From contig NZ_LSUQ01000002.1 in NCBI RefSeq assembly GCF_001642725.1, forward strand, positions 1-64,000: a stretch of 64,000 nt of DNA, in the 5' to 3' direction. Both the position numbers and the translations under genes were made by a program. The DNA comes from Ferroacidibacillus organovorans (lineage in GTDB: Bacteria > Bacillota > Bacilli > Alicyclobacillales > SLC66). Shown here piece by piece: positions 1 to 10,081 of the stretch. Numbering within the stretch: the stretch's first letter is position 1; every line of letters starts with the position of its first letter. The notes beneath the pieces are model-generated. The model saw only the letters and a program-made list of their open reading frames with translations, had not been told where the DNA came from and ran no database searches.

Positions 1-161
1 AGCCTCAAATGCGATTCGTGTACCTCAGGTCGAGGGTTTGCCTAAAGCTTCCTTCAGATTCCACCTCGCGATGGACACCCTTGCTCTTGGCTAACGGTAG
101 GTCTGTCGCCAACCCCCGTTCGGGACTTGCACCCTAAAGATTCCGCCCATGCCGGGCGTAC
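1..161 (-). mobile_element. 5' end (domain I) of a group IIC intron, truncated by window edge
   Basis: Minus strand reads GTACGCCCGGCATGGGCGG...TAGGGTGCAAGTCCCGAAC...GCAAGGGTGTCC...GGAATCTGAAGGAAGC...GGCAAAC...CTGAGG.ACACGAA, matching the conserved 5' region of Bacillota IIC introns; lies just downstream of a stem-loop plus T tract. Confidence 0.9.
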
Positions 162-164
162 ATC

Positions 165-196
165 AAAAATGGATCTTGTGTGTCTTCACAAGATCC
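165..196 (-). terminator. Rho-independent terminator-like hairpin, target of the IIC intron
   Basis: Perfect 10-bp stem GGATCTTGTG/CACAAGATCC (171-196) followed on the minus strand by ATTTTT, then GAT and the intron start. Confidence 0.75.
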
Positions 197-308
197 TTAC
201 AAAATCTACAAGATAGCGTGACGTAGCTTCTATAAAATAAGGGATATCTTAGTTTATCTTCCATAGCTTGCCCAGTCTTTCAAACCATACTGGAGATGAT
301 TTTTCTTC

Positions 309-1619
309 ATGCCACTTCTACAAACATCTGTCGGAATTTCAAACCTGACGCGCCTCGGAATTCGTCACGCATTGGATCGCACGCATTCCAACGCAACCAC
401 TCGCCCAGACGCGGTTGGATACCTCGAAATCAGCGAGTTTTCTACGTTTGAACTTCGGCATGGACGTGTACGGACGGATGAATTCTTGAAAGAATGGACC
501 AAACAACTCTGCAACTCATTTTCAAACGGTGATCGGGATTGCCGTGTCACGGTTTACCAAGCGCTAGATGACGGAATGTATGTCTATCTTCAAGATAGTG
601 CTGGAGATCGCCAAACCCTAGAACAAACCTTCTATGCCGCGATTCTAAAAATCGAGCAGTCGCTCAATACCTTTTTAAAGCAATCTGAACTTCCAGAATG
701 TCACCTGCGTTACGCCCTGGCGTTTCACGATGATTTCGTGAAAACTCACACTGCTTCAACAACCTCCGCTCCCTTTGAAGGGTTTCAGGAAGAGCTATTT
801 CAATGGATGATCCAGGCTTACCGAGCAGCAAAGCGTCAGTCTACACCCATTCACCCGTTGGAACACGTCGAATTGTTACAAATTCTCGAACAAGGAACCA
901 TTCGGATTTTTGAGCAACCTATTCTAAACTTGCGTACTTTAGATCCGCTCGGGCATGAGTGTCTCATGAGGGGCCCGTCATTTTCACGGCTAGAGGCGCC
1001 CCTCACACTGCTTTCGATCGCCGAAAAGGCGGGGGTCATGTTGCATCTCGAAAGAATGATCCGCCAGCGCGCCATTCACAATGCAAAAGTGGATGATCGC
1101 ATGAAACTGTTTATCAACATATCTCCCGCCATCATCTCAGACGCCTCTTTTCGCGCGGGAGAGACACTCCGCGAGCTCAAAAAAACCCAACTGCGACCTG
1201 ACCAGATCGTTTTCGAGATCACGGAGCATCACGCGATTGCAGAGTACAGTTCCTTTCTTCACCTTGTGTCCCACTACCGTTCACAAGGATTTCAGATCGC
1301 GATTGATGATGTGGGCGCAGGTCACTCTGGGCTTGTCACACTGATGCAAGTGAAACCTGACTATGTAAAAGTAGATATGGAACTCATTCGCGACATCCAC
1401 CTTGACCCCGTAAGGCAAGAAATCGCCAAGGCAATTCGCCAAATTAGCGACCGCTTCGGTGGAATCGTGATTGCAGAAGGCATTGAAACACGTGAAGAAC
1501 TGAACTGCCTGCACGAGTGCGGGATTGAATACGGCCAGGGATTTTTACTCGGACGCCCATTTCCCCGTGAAAAAGAGGGTGAGTATAACGAACAAGAACG
1601 GTTTGCGATTCCAATGTGA
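309..1619 (+). CDS. EAL-domain c-di-GMP phosphodiesterase with degenerate GGDEF-like N-terminal region
   Basis: QPI, ECLMR (ExL), FIN, FEITE, IDDVGAGHS, KVD, AEGIE and GQG motifs. Confidence 0.88.
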   Translation: MPLLQTSVGISNLTRLGIRHALDRTHSNATTRPDAVGYLEISEFSTFELRHGRVRTDEFLKEWTKQLCNSFSNGDRDCRVTVYQALDDGMYVYLQDSAGDRQTLEQTFYAAILKIEQSLNTFLKQSELPECHLRYALAFHDDFVKTHTASTTSAPFEGFQEELFQWMIQAYRAAKRQSTPIHPLEHVELLQILEQGTIRIFEQPILNLRTLDPLGHECLMRGPSFSRLEAPLTLLSIAEKAGVMLHLERMIRQRAIHNAKVDDRMKLFINISPAIISDASFRAGETLRELKKTQLRPDQIVFEITEHHAIAEYSSFLHLVSHYRSQGFQIAIDDVGAGHSGLVTLMQVKPDYVKVDMELIRDIHLDPVRQEIAKAIRQISDRFGGIVIAEGIETREELNCLHECGIEYGQGFLLGRPFPREKEGEYNEQERFAIPM

Positions 1620-1679
1620 GCGGATTTTTCTCGCCTTTTCACCCACTTCGCAAAGCCTGAAATCAACTGCCGTTCAAGC

Positions 1680-1719
1680 ATTAGAGAGTCCTAACGAAAT
1701 TATTAGAAAAAACTAACGA
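1680..1719 (+). promoter_or_regulatory. Tandem operator-like direct repeat upstream of PepSY gene
   Basis: ATTAGA-N5-CTAACGA twice, starts 22 bp apart (1680, 1702), each with a TTAG..CTAA dyad. Confidence 0.5.
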
Positions 1720-1787
1720 TAATCTCATCGTTGCCTCACTCTAACGCGCTACGCTTTTTACAAATCGAAACGGGAGGTAAAGAGCAC

Positions 1788-2450
1788 ATGAGACACTCCG
1801 TTCAGCGCGGTTCTCGAAAATGGATGCGCACTTGGACCGGCGCCGCTGCGATTGTAATCGCTGGCGCTTTCACGATTCCTGCCATGGCTCAGACAGCAAT
1901 TTCCGCACAACAAGCAGACCAGATTGCGCAAAATGCGGTATCTGGCAGCACGTTGATTCACACATCCGCCGATCACATGGGCAATACGCCTGTTTGGGAC
2001 ATCCACGTCGCGCGTGGCACACAGGTTTGGGATATCAAGGTCGATACGCAGTCAGGCGCCATATTGCTAAAACGTCTGTCATCGGAACATCATCCCACTA
2101 GCCGGGTCACCGGATCCACAGAGTTACCCTCCGCGCGTGAACACCAGCAGAGCCATGACGCACAAGATAACAAGCAACCACAGAACGGCGCAGGCTTCAC
2201 ACCGCTGTCTGGCACAATGGTATTCAATCAAAAGCTGACGGTTGTTCCTGCGGTGTATCAGTCCTATGTAACTCACGCTCTCAATTCCGTAGGCGGAACT
2301 CTGAAATGGGTCAAATTCAGCCGTCAAGCGGGCGGAAACATCCAAATGAACATCAAGATTCGCAAACTGGGCGGAGGTACGACCAAAGTTAAGGACACTT
2401 TCAACCATGCCGGACAGCTGGTGCTAAAAAACACTTCAGCGGACAACTGA
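1788..2450 (+). CDS. Secreted PepSY-domain protein
   Basis: GGAGG RBS before ATG 1788; signal peptide ending AMA; ISAQQADQIA...VWDIKVDTQSGAIL PepSY pattern. Confidence 0.75.
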   Translation: MRHSVQRGSRKWMRTWTGAAAIVIAGAFTIPAMAQTAISAQQADQIAQNAVSGSTLIHTSADHMGNTPVWDIHVARGTQVWDIKVDTQSGAILLKRLSSEHHPTSRVTGSTELPSAREHQQSHDAQDNKQPQNGAGFTPLSGTMVFNQKLTVVPAVYQSYVTHALNSVGGTLKWVKFSRQAGGNIQMNIKIRKLGGGTTKVKDTFNHAGQLVLKNTSADN

Positions 2451-2451
2451 C

Positions 2452-2507
2452 CCACCTTGTGAAAAGGCCGCCGCAGACTGATCTGCGGCGGCCTTTTCAC
2501 AAGGTGG
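2452..2507. terminator. Long perfect inverted repeat, probable bidirectional terminator
   Basis: 26-bp arms CCACCTTGTGAAAAGGCCGCCGCAGA with 4-nt loop immediately after the stop codon. Confidence 0.75.
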
Positions 2508-2636
2508 AGATACCGGCTCTCTACAACGGCGACTCTCGTCTATCCCCTATCCATCGTATGGCGTACGCACTGCGATTCCGGCACAGTAGCGGCAATTCAT
2601 GTATAATTTCAGGATGGAAGGAGTCCTTATTTTCAC

Positions 2637-3383
2637 ATGGTCATTTTAAAATCACAGAGTCAAATTGAAAAGATGGCGAAGGCAGGTCAAATTCTAGCGG
2701 CGTGTCACAAAGAGCTTGCAAAACGAATCGCTCCAGGCGTCACAACGCTTGAAATCGACCGTTTTGTGGAAGGCTACTTGGCAAAAAACGAGTGCACAGC
2801 AGAGCAAAAAGGATATAACGGTTATCCATTCGCAACATGCGCGTCCGTCAACGACGTGATTTGCCATGGTTTCCCTTCGCGCGCATCCCTCAAAAATGGT
2901 GATCTTGTGACGATCGACATGGTCGTCAACCATAAGGGATGGCTGGCAGACTCCGCGTGGACATACGAGGTGGGCACGGTTGCGCCAGAAGTTCATCGCC
3001 TGATCAGCGTTACAAAAGAAGCGCTCTACATCGGCATCGAAAATGCGGTGATCGGAAACCGGCTCGGCGATATCGGTTTTGCGATTCAATCGCACGCCGA
3101 GGCACAAGGGTTCGCCGTTGTTCGCGACTATACTGGGCATGGGATCGGCCAAAAAATGCACGAATCCCCGACCGTGCTGCACTATGGCGAGCCCGGCAAA
3201 GGGCTGCGTTTAAAAGAAGGCATGGTCATCACAATCGAACCGATGATCAATGGCGGGACGTATAAAGCAAAAACGGACGCAGATGGATGGACCGTGCGAA
3301 CCGTCGACGGCTCTCTCTCTGCGCAATTCGAGCACACGGTCGCCATAACAAGCGAAGGGCCGATGATACTCACTGAGCAGTAA
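2637..3383 (+). CDS. map: Type I methionyl aminopeptidase
   Basis: SVNDVICHGFP, D..DSAWT, GHGIG..MHE, TIEPM, SAQFEHT motifs. Confidence 0.96.
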   Translation: MVILKSQSQIEKMAKAGQILAACHKELAKRIAPGVTTLEIDRFVEGYLAKNECTAEQKGYNGYPFATCASVNDVICHGFPSRASLKNGDLVTIDMVVNHKGWLADSAWTYEVGTVAPEVHRLISVTKEALYIGIENAVIGNRLGDIGFAIQSHAEAQGFAVVRDYTGHGIGQKMHESPTVLHYGEPGKGLRLKEGMVITIEPMINGGTYKAKTDADGWTVRTVDGSLSAQFEHTVAITSEGPMILTEQ

Positions 3384-3428
3384 GTATCATCGGCAGAATT
3401 TCGTTCAAGACGCCTCACGGATGACCCT

Positions 3429-5297
3429 TTATTTCTTTTGCTGTTGCTTGAAATAGGCGTCGATCACCTGTTGCGCCATCGGAGCTGCGGCTCGGAAACC
3501 TTCACCGGTGACATTTGGAATCACCGCGGCGATTGCAATCTGCGGATTGTTGTAAGGCGCGTAACCGACAAAGACTGAGTTGTTGCGCCCAGGAATACCA
3601 CTCTCCGCAGTTCCCGTCTTTCCTGCCACATTGACAGGGTCTGATCCGAAAAAGTACGTTGCAGTACCAAGCGTTCCGTGGGTTGCCATCTCCAAACCCT
3701 TTTGAATGATCTTTAGATAGGCTGGATTTACCTTCACTTTATCAATCACGTGCGGTTTGAACACTTTTAAGACGCGCCCTGTCGGCGACGTGATTTCATG
3801 AACCATTTGAGGCTGTACACGGTACCCGCCGTTTGCAATCGCCGCGATATACGTGGCGAGACCGATCGGAGAATACGCCTCTTCCTGCCCAATGGCGGCG
3901 GCAGGCAAGTCGTAGAGTGTCGGTGGATTCGCAAAGGTGACATACCCGGGCGCTTCGCCAGGGAGATCAACGCCGGTCAAGCTCGTCAATCCAAACTGCT
4001 TGCCCATGGCATTGATGGAGCGAAGCGCAGCCACGCGCGGGCCATTCAGCCACGCACTAATATTAGCGGGTGGATTGTTGATGTTATAGTGCCCCATGTC
4101 AAGACCTACTTGATAAAAGTAGGTGTCATCCGATACTTCGAGCGCCTCGTCGAGACCAATTGGGCCAAACCCCGCCTGGTTCCAACTGCGCATATAATAC
4201 GTCCCAATCTGCAGTCCGCCCGTGTCATTAACGATCAGATTCGGCGAGATGGTATGGTTTTGCAAAGCGGTTAGTGCCGTGAGCATCTTTTGCGTGGAAC
4301 CAGGCATATACAGCCCACTGACCGCTCGATTAAAACCAGCATTGCCGTTTAAATAAGACTGGTAATTCGCGGATGAAATGCCGCCGATCCACCAGTTTGG
4401 ATTGTAGGAAGGGTAGCTCGCCATCGCCAACACGGCGCCGGTGTGCACATTCATCACGACGATCGCACCGGAGTGGACATTGTGCTCGCCGAGCCCGCGC
4501 AGATATGCGATACGACTCACCAGCGCCTGTTCAGCAACTTTTTCCAGTGGACCGTCCAGATTCAAGACGACATTGTTACCGGTTTTTGGCGACTGAGAGA
4601 TTGTTCCTCCAGGCAATGGCACGCCTGCCGGGTTTACTGGAATCCTCTTGACTCCATTTTGTCCGCGTAGAACGGACTCATATTGCTGCTCAATGCCAGA
4701 TAAACCCACTTGTGCAGACGGATAATACCCTTGCGCCTGATACGCCTGCGCCTGATTTGCAGGAATGGCTCCCGTGTAACCGATCACGTGAGCGGCGAAG
4801 CTGCCCATGGGGTAAGCGCGTTCCGGCGTTTGAATAATCTCGATCCCAGGAAGTGATTGTTTGTGCTCTTCCACGTAGGAAATTTGAAGGGGTGTCGCTT
4901 GCCGAACGAGCGTCGTGTACGCATTCCAAGAGTTTGTCTGGGTCATTTCTTTGATCAGGGCAGCCTCCGACTGACCAAGTGGATAGGCTAACCGTTTGGC
5001 GACGCCTCCAATCTTCGCGTTGTCATTCGGATAGCGAATATAAATGATGCGAAAAACCGGTTGATTTGTTGCGAGCACAGCACCTTGGCGATCCAGAATT
5101 TGTCCGCGCGGCGCTGGAATGGTAAGTGAGTCGAAGTTTTGCGCTTTGACATCCGTCGTGAATTGACTCGCCATCGCGATTTGCAGATATCCGAGCCTTA
5201 GAATAAGCAGCGCACTTCCTAAAACAATAAATGCGTAGATCCCCGCAATTCTTCTCCGAGCGATAAGCCAACTGCGCCGTTCTGAATGTTTTTTCAT
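3429..5297 (-). CDS. mrdA: Class B penicillin-binding protein (PBP2/MrdA-like)
   Basis: N-terminal TM, PRGQILDR dimerisation motif, STQK, SDD and KTGTAE transpeptidase motifs. Confidence 0.88.
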   Translation of the reverse strand: MKKHSERRSWLIARRRIAGIYAFIVLGSALLILRLGYLQIAMASQFTTDVKAQNFDSLTIPAPRGQILDRQGAVLATNQPVFRIIYIRYPNDNAKIGGVAKRLAYPLGQSEAALIKEMTQTNSWNAYTTLVRQATPLQISYVEEHKQSLPGIEIIQTPERAYPMGSFAAHVIGYTGAIPANQAQAYQAQGYYPSAQVGLSGIEQQYESVLRGQNGVKRIPVNPAGVPLPGGTISQSPKTGNNVVLNLDGPLEKVAEQALVSRIAYLRGLGEHNVHSGAIVVMNVHTGAVLAMASYPSYNPNWWIGGISSANYQSYLNGNAGFNRAVSGLYMPGSTQKMLTALTALQNHTISPNLIVNDTGGLQIGTYYMRSWNQAGFGPIGLDEALEVSDDTYFYQVGLDMGHYNINNPPANISAWLNGPRVAALRSINAMGKQFGLTSLTGVDLPGEAPGYVTFANPPTLYDLPAAAIGQEEAYSPIGLATYIAAIANGGYRVQPQMVHEITSPTGRVLKVFKPHVIDKVKVNPAYLKIIQKGLEMATHGTLGTATYFFGSDPVNVAGKTGTAESGIPGRNNSVFVGYAPYNNPQIAIAAVIPNVTGEGFRAAAPMAQQVIDAYFKQQQKK

Positions 5298-5430
5298 AAA
5301 GCATCCTCTCCCAAGTACTGAACCTTAGTATAGCGAAATTCGTTTGATATGGCTTGTGAAATTTCTTAGAGAGATGATCGATCGATAGAAAACGGTCATC
5401 CATTGGTGCGGAATGGACTGTACTTCGCAT

Positions 5431-5471
5431 AAAAAAAGTGGGACTCTCGCACAAAACACGAGAATACCCAC
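5431..5471 (-). terminator. Rho-independent terminator of rocR
   Basis: Minus strand GTGGGTATTCTCGTG...GCGAGAGTCCCAC stem followed by T7. Confidence 0.7.
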
Positions 5472-5501
5472 ATCAGCTACGCTAAACACTCCTTTGGTTT
5501 C

Positions 5502-6926
5502 TCACTCCTTGTCCGCACGCTGATCCGCCCACTTGCGCAACCGATACTGCAAACTCTGCCGACTCACGCCGAGTTCCCGCGCCGCCGCAGAAATGTTTCC
5601 CGCGTGGATCGCGAGTACGCGCTGCACATAGACGCGCTCATACTCCGCCAACTGTCGATGCAAATCACGCGCTTTATCATCCGCCTCCACATAGAGCGCT
5701 GTTTCTCCAGCGCGTTCCCGTTCACCTTCCGCGCCACTTCGCCTTCGTCGCATGTGCAGCGGAAGATGAGACATCTCGATTTCACGCGCATCCGTAACCA
5801 GATTGAGCGCCCCTTCAATCGTGTGCTCAAGCTCGCGAACGTTGCCAGGCCAGGGATAGGACATAAAAAACGACATGACCTCCGCAGAGACGCCAAGCAC
5901 ACTCATGCGAAAGAGCTCGTTATACTTGTGGATAAAATAGGATGTCAGTTGCGGGATGTCCCCCGACCGCTCCCGCAGTGGAGGTAAAAACAGCGTCACC
6001 ACGCTCAATCGATAATAGAGATCCTTGCGCAGATGCCCCTCTGTGATCGCGTCCAGCGGATCCTCACTGATCGTCGCAAGAATTCGCACGTCAATCTCGC
6101 GATCCACCGAATCGCCAAGTCGCCGAATCGTCTTCTCTTGGATCGCCCGCAACAACTTCGCCTGGAGCGAAAGCCCTAGTACGTTTAGTTCGTCTAAGAG
6201 AATTGTCCCGCCATCCGCCTGCTCCAAAAGCCCCGCGCGATCAAGTGCCCCCGAAAACGCCCCCTGCGTCGTGCCAAAAAGAATGCCTTCAATCAGTGTT
6301 TCTGGAAGCGCGGCGCAATTCTGCGAGACAAAAGGGCCTGCCGAACGCGGGCTCGCGTGGTGGATACTCTGCGCGAACAGCTCCTTGCCCGTCCCCGTTT
6401 CCCCGACAATCAAAATCGAAGAGTGCGTGCGCGCCGCCCGCTTTGCATCCTCGGTCACCTCGATAATCGCCGCGCTTTCACCGATCAGACTGGCAAACGT
6501 GTACCGCGTCTCGCTCCGACGCAAGATGGTCTGCTGCATTTGCTCAAGTTTGGTGATCTCACGCGCAATTTCCAGCGCTCCGATAATTTTTCCATCCTTT
6601 AAGATAGGCATCGTGCTGTTGATCGTCGTGATGACCTCACCGCGCAGATTAAAAAATGTCTGCTTGACGTTCGGTTTCGGTTCACCCGTTCGCAGCGCGC
6701 GCAAGAGCGTGCTATACCCTTCTTCTGGAAATGTAAATACGTCGAGCACCGAGCGACCCAGAACATCCTGCGGCTCCATAAACTCCATCTCCGCCATCTT
6801 GCGGTTATATATTACCGTTTTTCCAGCCGTGTCTACGACATGAATGCCCTCCTCTACTTGATCGAGAAGAAACGCATACATCGAAAGCAGATCCGTCCGA
6901 TTCACAGTCACCCGAATCCCTTCCAT
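5502..6926 (-). CDS. rocR: RocR-like PAS-AAA+-HTH enhancer-binding regulator
   Basis: PAS N-terminus, GETGTGKE, GAFSGA, LLDE, WPGNVREL, Fis-type HTH; divergent from roc genes. Confidence 0.9.
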   Translation of the reverse strand: MEGIRVTVNRTDLLSMYAFLLDQVEEGIHVVDTAGKTVIYNRKMAEMEFMEPQDVLGRSVLDVFTFPEEGYSTLLRALRTGEPKPNVKQTFFNLRGEVITTINSTMPILKDGKIIGALEIAREITKLEQMQQTILRRSETRYTFASLIGESAAIIEVTEDAKRAARTHSSILIVGETGTGKELFAQSIHHASPRSAGPFVSQNCAALPETLIEGILFGTTQGAFSGALDRAGLLEQADGGTILLDELNVLGLSLQAKLLRAIQEKTIRRLGDSVDREIDVRILATISEDPLDAITEGHLRKDLYYRLSVVTLFLPPLRERSGDIPQLTSYFIHKYNELFRMSVLGVSAEVMSFFMSYPWPGNVRELEHTIEGALNLVTDAREIEMSHLPLHMRRRRSGAEGERERAGETALYVEADDKARDLHRQLAEYERVYVQRVLAIHAGNISAAARELGVSRQSLQYRLRKWADQRADKE

Positions 6927-6999
6927 TCTTTACGCCCTGTCACACATGTTCCTTAATCCTGAGGAATGCGCTACCATCGTACACGACTGCCCTTCCTTG

Positions 7000-7061
7000 T
7001 GCAAAATAATTTTGCATATGCAACAAAGATCGGCAGTTGTATTCCGCAAATGAATTTTGCA
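7000..7061. promoter_or_regulatory. Two RocR-type upstream activating sequences
   Basis: TGCAAAATAATTTTGCA (7000-7016) and GCAAATGAATTTTGC (7046-7060), resembling the B. subtilis roc UAS dyad. Confidence 0.75.
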
Positions 7062-7145
7062 CAATAGATGATGAATGATCCTATATAAATCGTTCTCACA
7101 TCGACATGTACACAACCATCTTTTCATTCTAGAGGAGGCTTTTTC

Positions 7146-8696
7146 ATGAAATCGTATGCGCCAGAACCCTTTGTCAACTTTGCGGATGAAACCGTCCGCA
7201 CCCAGTTTGATCACGAACTGCAACACGTTCTTCAAAAGCTCGATCGGACGTATCCGCTAGTCATCGGTGGCCGCGAGATTTACACTGATGCACAGTGTGT
7301 GTCCTACAATCCAGCAAACCTGTCGCAAGTGATTGGCCGCGTCTCTCAAGCGACACGCGCGCACGTCGATGAGGCATTTCAAAATGCGGCAGAGACATTC
7401 AAAACCTGGTCGCGCAAGAGCGCCGAGCAGCGCGCTTTATACCTCTTTAAAGCAGCCGCGATCATCCGTCGCCGCAAGCACGAGTTCTCTTCATGGCTGC
7501 TGCTTGAAGCGGGCAAGACGCGTCCCGAGGCGGATGCAGACACGGCGGAGTGCATCGACTTTCTTGAATACTATGGTCGGCAGATCCTCACCCTCGCAGA
7601 ACGTGGAAAAGAGACACTCGTCCCTTATGCCGGTGAAGACAACCAACTGCACTACATTCCACTCGGCGTCGGCGTGGTGATTCCGCCCTGGAACTTCCCA
7701 CTCGCCATCATGGCCGGTATGACTGCCGCATCGATCGTCGCAGGAAACACGGTGCTCCTAAAACCGGCCAGCCAGACACCTGTCATCGCCTATAAGTTTC
7801 TTGAGGTGCTAAAAGAAGCTGGACTTCCTGACGGTGTCGTCAACTTTGTTCCAGGCGACGTGCTTGAGATCGGCGACTACCTCGTCGACCACAAGATGAC
7901 TCGTTTTATCTCATTCACCGGATCACAGCGCATTGGCATGCGCATCTACGAGCGTGCGTCAAAAGTGCATGACGGTCAGATCTGGCTGAAACGCGTAATC
8001 GCCGAAATGGGCGGAAAAGACGCGATCATTGTCGATGCAGACGCAGACCTTGACGCGGCAGCCCAAGCGATCGTCGCCTCCGCGTTTAATTTCAGCGGGC
8101 AAAAATGCTCCGCGTGCTCGCGCGCCATCGTGCACGAGGCGGTCTACGACGACGTTCTCGCCCGCGTCATCGAGCGCACGAAAAACCTGAGCGTTGGCAA
8201 TCCGGGTGATCCTGCCTCGATCGTCGGTCCCGTGATCGACCAAAAAGCATACGATAAGATCCAAAGCTACATTGAATTGGGCAAGACAGAAGGTCGGCTC
8301 GTATGCGGCGGAACACAAACCGCGACACCTGGCTACTTCGTAAACCCGACGATCTTTGCAGATGTTGCGCCAAATGCGCGAATTTCCCGCGAAGAGGTGT
8401 TCGGCCCCTTTCTCGCATTCACCAAAGCGAGCAGTTTCACAGAAGCGATTGAATTTGCGAATCAGACGGAGTTTGGGTTGACTGGATCTGTCTTTACACG
8501 CAACCGTGACCACATCGAAGAGGCGCGCGCAACCTTTCACGTCGGCAATCTCTATTTTAACCGCAAGTCCACAGGCGCACTCGTCGGCGTTCACCCGTTT
8601 GGCGGGTTCAACATGTCTGGCACTGACTCAAAAGCAGGCGGCCCAGACTATCTGATGCTCTTTACACAACCGAAACTCAGCTCCGAAGTGCTATAA
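7146..8696 (+). CDS. rocA: 1-pyrroline-5-carboxylate (glutamate semialdehyde) dehydrogenase
   Basis: [38 protein letters not shown] motifs; GAGGAGG RBS. Confidence 0.95.
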   Translation: MKSYAPEPFVNFADETVRTQFDHELQHVLQKLDRTYPLVIGGREIYTDAQCVSYNPANLSQVIGRVSQATRAHVDEAFQNAAETFKTWSRKSAEQRALYLFKAAAIIRRRKHEFSSWLLLEAGKTRPEADADTAECIDFLEYYGRQILTLAERGKETLVPYAGEDNQLHYIPLGVGVVIPPWNFPLAIMAGMTAASIVAGNTVLLKPASQTPVIAYKFLEVLKEAGLPDGVVNFVPGDVLEIGDYLVDHKMTRFISFTGSQRIGMRIYERASKVHDGQIWLKRVIAEMGGKDAIIVDADADLDAAAQAIVASAFNFSGQKCSACSRAIVHEAVYDDVLARVIERTKNLSVGNPGDPASIVGPVIDQKAYDKIQSYIELGKTEGRLVCGGTQTATPGYFVNPTIFADVAPNARISREEVFGPFLAFTKASSFTEAIEFANQTEFGLTGSVFTRNRDHIEEARATFHVGNLYFNRKSTGALVGVHPFGGFNMSGTDSKAGGPDYLMLFTQPKLSSEVL

Positions 8697-8743
8697 ACGA
8701 ACGGCGATCGTATATGCGCGATGTGCAAAAAGGAGGAATGAGA

Positions 8744-9955
8744 ATGTCGGCGACGCTCAATGACACGAATCACGAAGCGATGCATCTCGAAGAGACGTAC
8801 GGCGCAACCAACTACCACCCGCTTCCGATTGTTCTTGCAAAAGGCGAAGGCGTTTGGGTGGAAGATCCGGATGGCAACCGCTATATGGATATGCTGAGCG
8901 CCTACTCCGCGCTCAATCAAGGTCACAGGCACCCGAAGATCATTCAAGCGCTCAAAGATCAAGCGGATAAAATTACGCTGACATCCCGTGCGTTCCACAA
9001 TGACCAGTTGGGTCTCCTCTTCGAGCAACTCGCGAAGATTACCAAGAAAAACATGATTCTTCCGATGAACACGGGCGCAGAAGCGGTAGAAACGGCCGTC
9101 AAAGCGATTCGCCGATGGGCATACGACGTTAAAAAGGTGCCTGATCAGCAGGCGGAAATTATCGTCGCCTCAGGCAACTTTCACGGGCGCACGACGACGA
9201 TCATCTCGTTTAGCTCAGATGAAGCGTACCAGCGCGGCTTCGGTCCACTCACTCCCGGATTTCGGATTGTGCCTTACGGCGATCTTGACGCGCTGCGCGC
9301 CGCGATCACGCCGAATACGGCGGCGTTTCTCGTCGAGCCCATCCAAGGTGAAGCGGGTATCGTCATTCCTCCGAACGGCTATCTTCAAGCAGCGTTTGAA
9401 CTCTGTAAGGAAAACAGCGTACTCTTTGCCGCCGATGAGATCCAAACAGGGCTTGGTCGCACAGGCAAGATGTTCGCGTGCGATTGGGAGAATGTCATCC
9501 CTGATCTCTACATCATCGGCAAGGCACTCGGAGGAGGCGTTTTCCCCGTCTCCGCCGTGGCTGCCAACCGCGATATTCTTGGCGTTTTTGAACCCGGTTC
9601 ACACGGCTCGACATTTGGCGGAAACCCGCTCGGCAGCGCGGTTGCGGTCGCTGCGCTACGCGTGATCGAAGAAGAAGGCTTGGCCGAGCGCTCACAGACG
9701 CTCGGGGCATACTTCCTGGAGAAGCTGAAGACACTGGGCAACCCGCTGATTAAAGAAGTCCGTGGTCGCGGTCTATTTGTCGGCATGGAGTTGACAGAAA
9801 AAGCGCGCCCGTACTGTGAGAAACTAAAAGAACGCGGACTGCTCTGTAAAGAGACGCACGACAACACAATCCGCTTTGCACCGCCGCTTGTCATCACAAA
9901 AGAAGAGTTGGACTGGGCATTTACCCAGATTCAATCCGTGTTTAACCCTTCGTAA
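8744..9955 (+). CDS. rocD: Ornithine aminotransferase
   Basis: [60 protein letters not shown] supports ATG 8744. Confidence 0.95.
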   Translation: MSATLNDTNHEAMHLEETYGATNYHPLPIVLAKGEGVWVEDPDGNRYMDMLSAYSALNQGHRHPKIIQALKDQADKITLTSRAFHNDQLGLLFEQLAKITKKNMILPMNTGAEAVETAVKAIRRWAYDVKKVPDQQAEIIVASGNFHGRTTTIISFSSDEAYQRGFGPLTPGFRIVPYGDLDALRAAITPNTAAFLVEPIQGEAGIVIPPNGYLQAAFELCKENSVLFAADEIQTGLGRTGKMFACDWENVIPDLYIIGKALGGGVFPVSAVAANRDILGVFEPGSHGSTFGGNPLGSAVAVAALRVIEEEGLAERSQTLGAYFLEKLKTLGNPLIKEVRGRGLFVGMELTEKARPYCEKLKERGLLCKETHDNTIRFAPPLVITKEELDWAFTQIQSVFNPS

Positions 9956-9964
9956 TGCATGCCC

Positions 9965-10000
9965 TTCCTCGCGACTGCAGCACTGTCGCGAGGAATTTTT
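9965..10000 (+). terminator. Rho-independent terminator after rocD
   Basis: TTCCTCGCGAC/GTCGCGAGGAA stem followed by T5. Confidence 0.75.
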
Positions 10001-10081
10001 ATACATAGGATCAGAGCGCTTCTTACCTGACCCTTTTTGTGTGCTCGCTTAAAATAGATTCCAAGGAGTTGTCACTTCACC

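Noticed and set aside
6025..6843. 272-aa plus-strand ORF (and similar ones at 10256-10933, 12342-13106, 30440-31135, 34474-35157, 48312-48995, 60500-61198)
   Set aside because: Antisense shadows of well-supported genes with no recognisable motifs
7031..7047. CGGCAGTTGTATTCCGC as a sigma-54 promoter
   Set aside because: GG to GC spacing is 12, not the required 10, and it lies between the two UAS boxes
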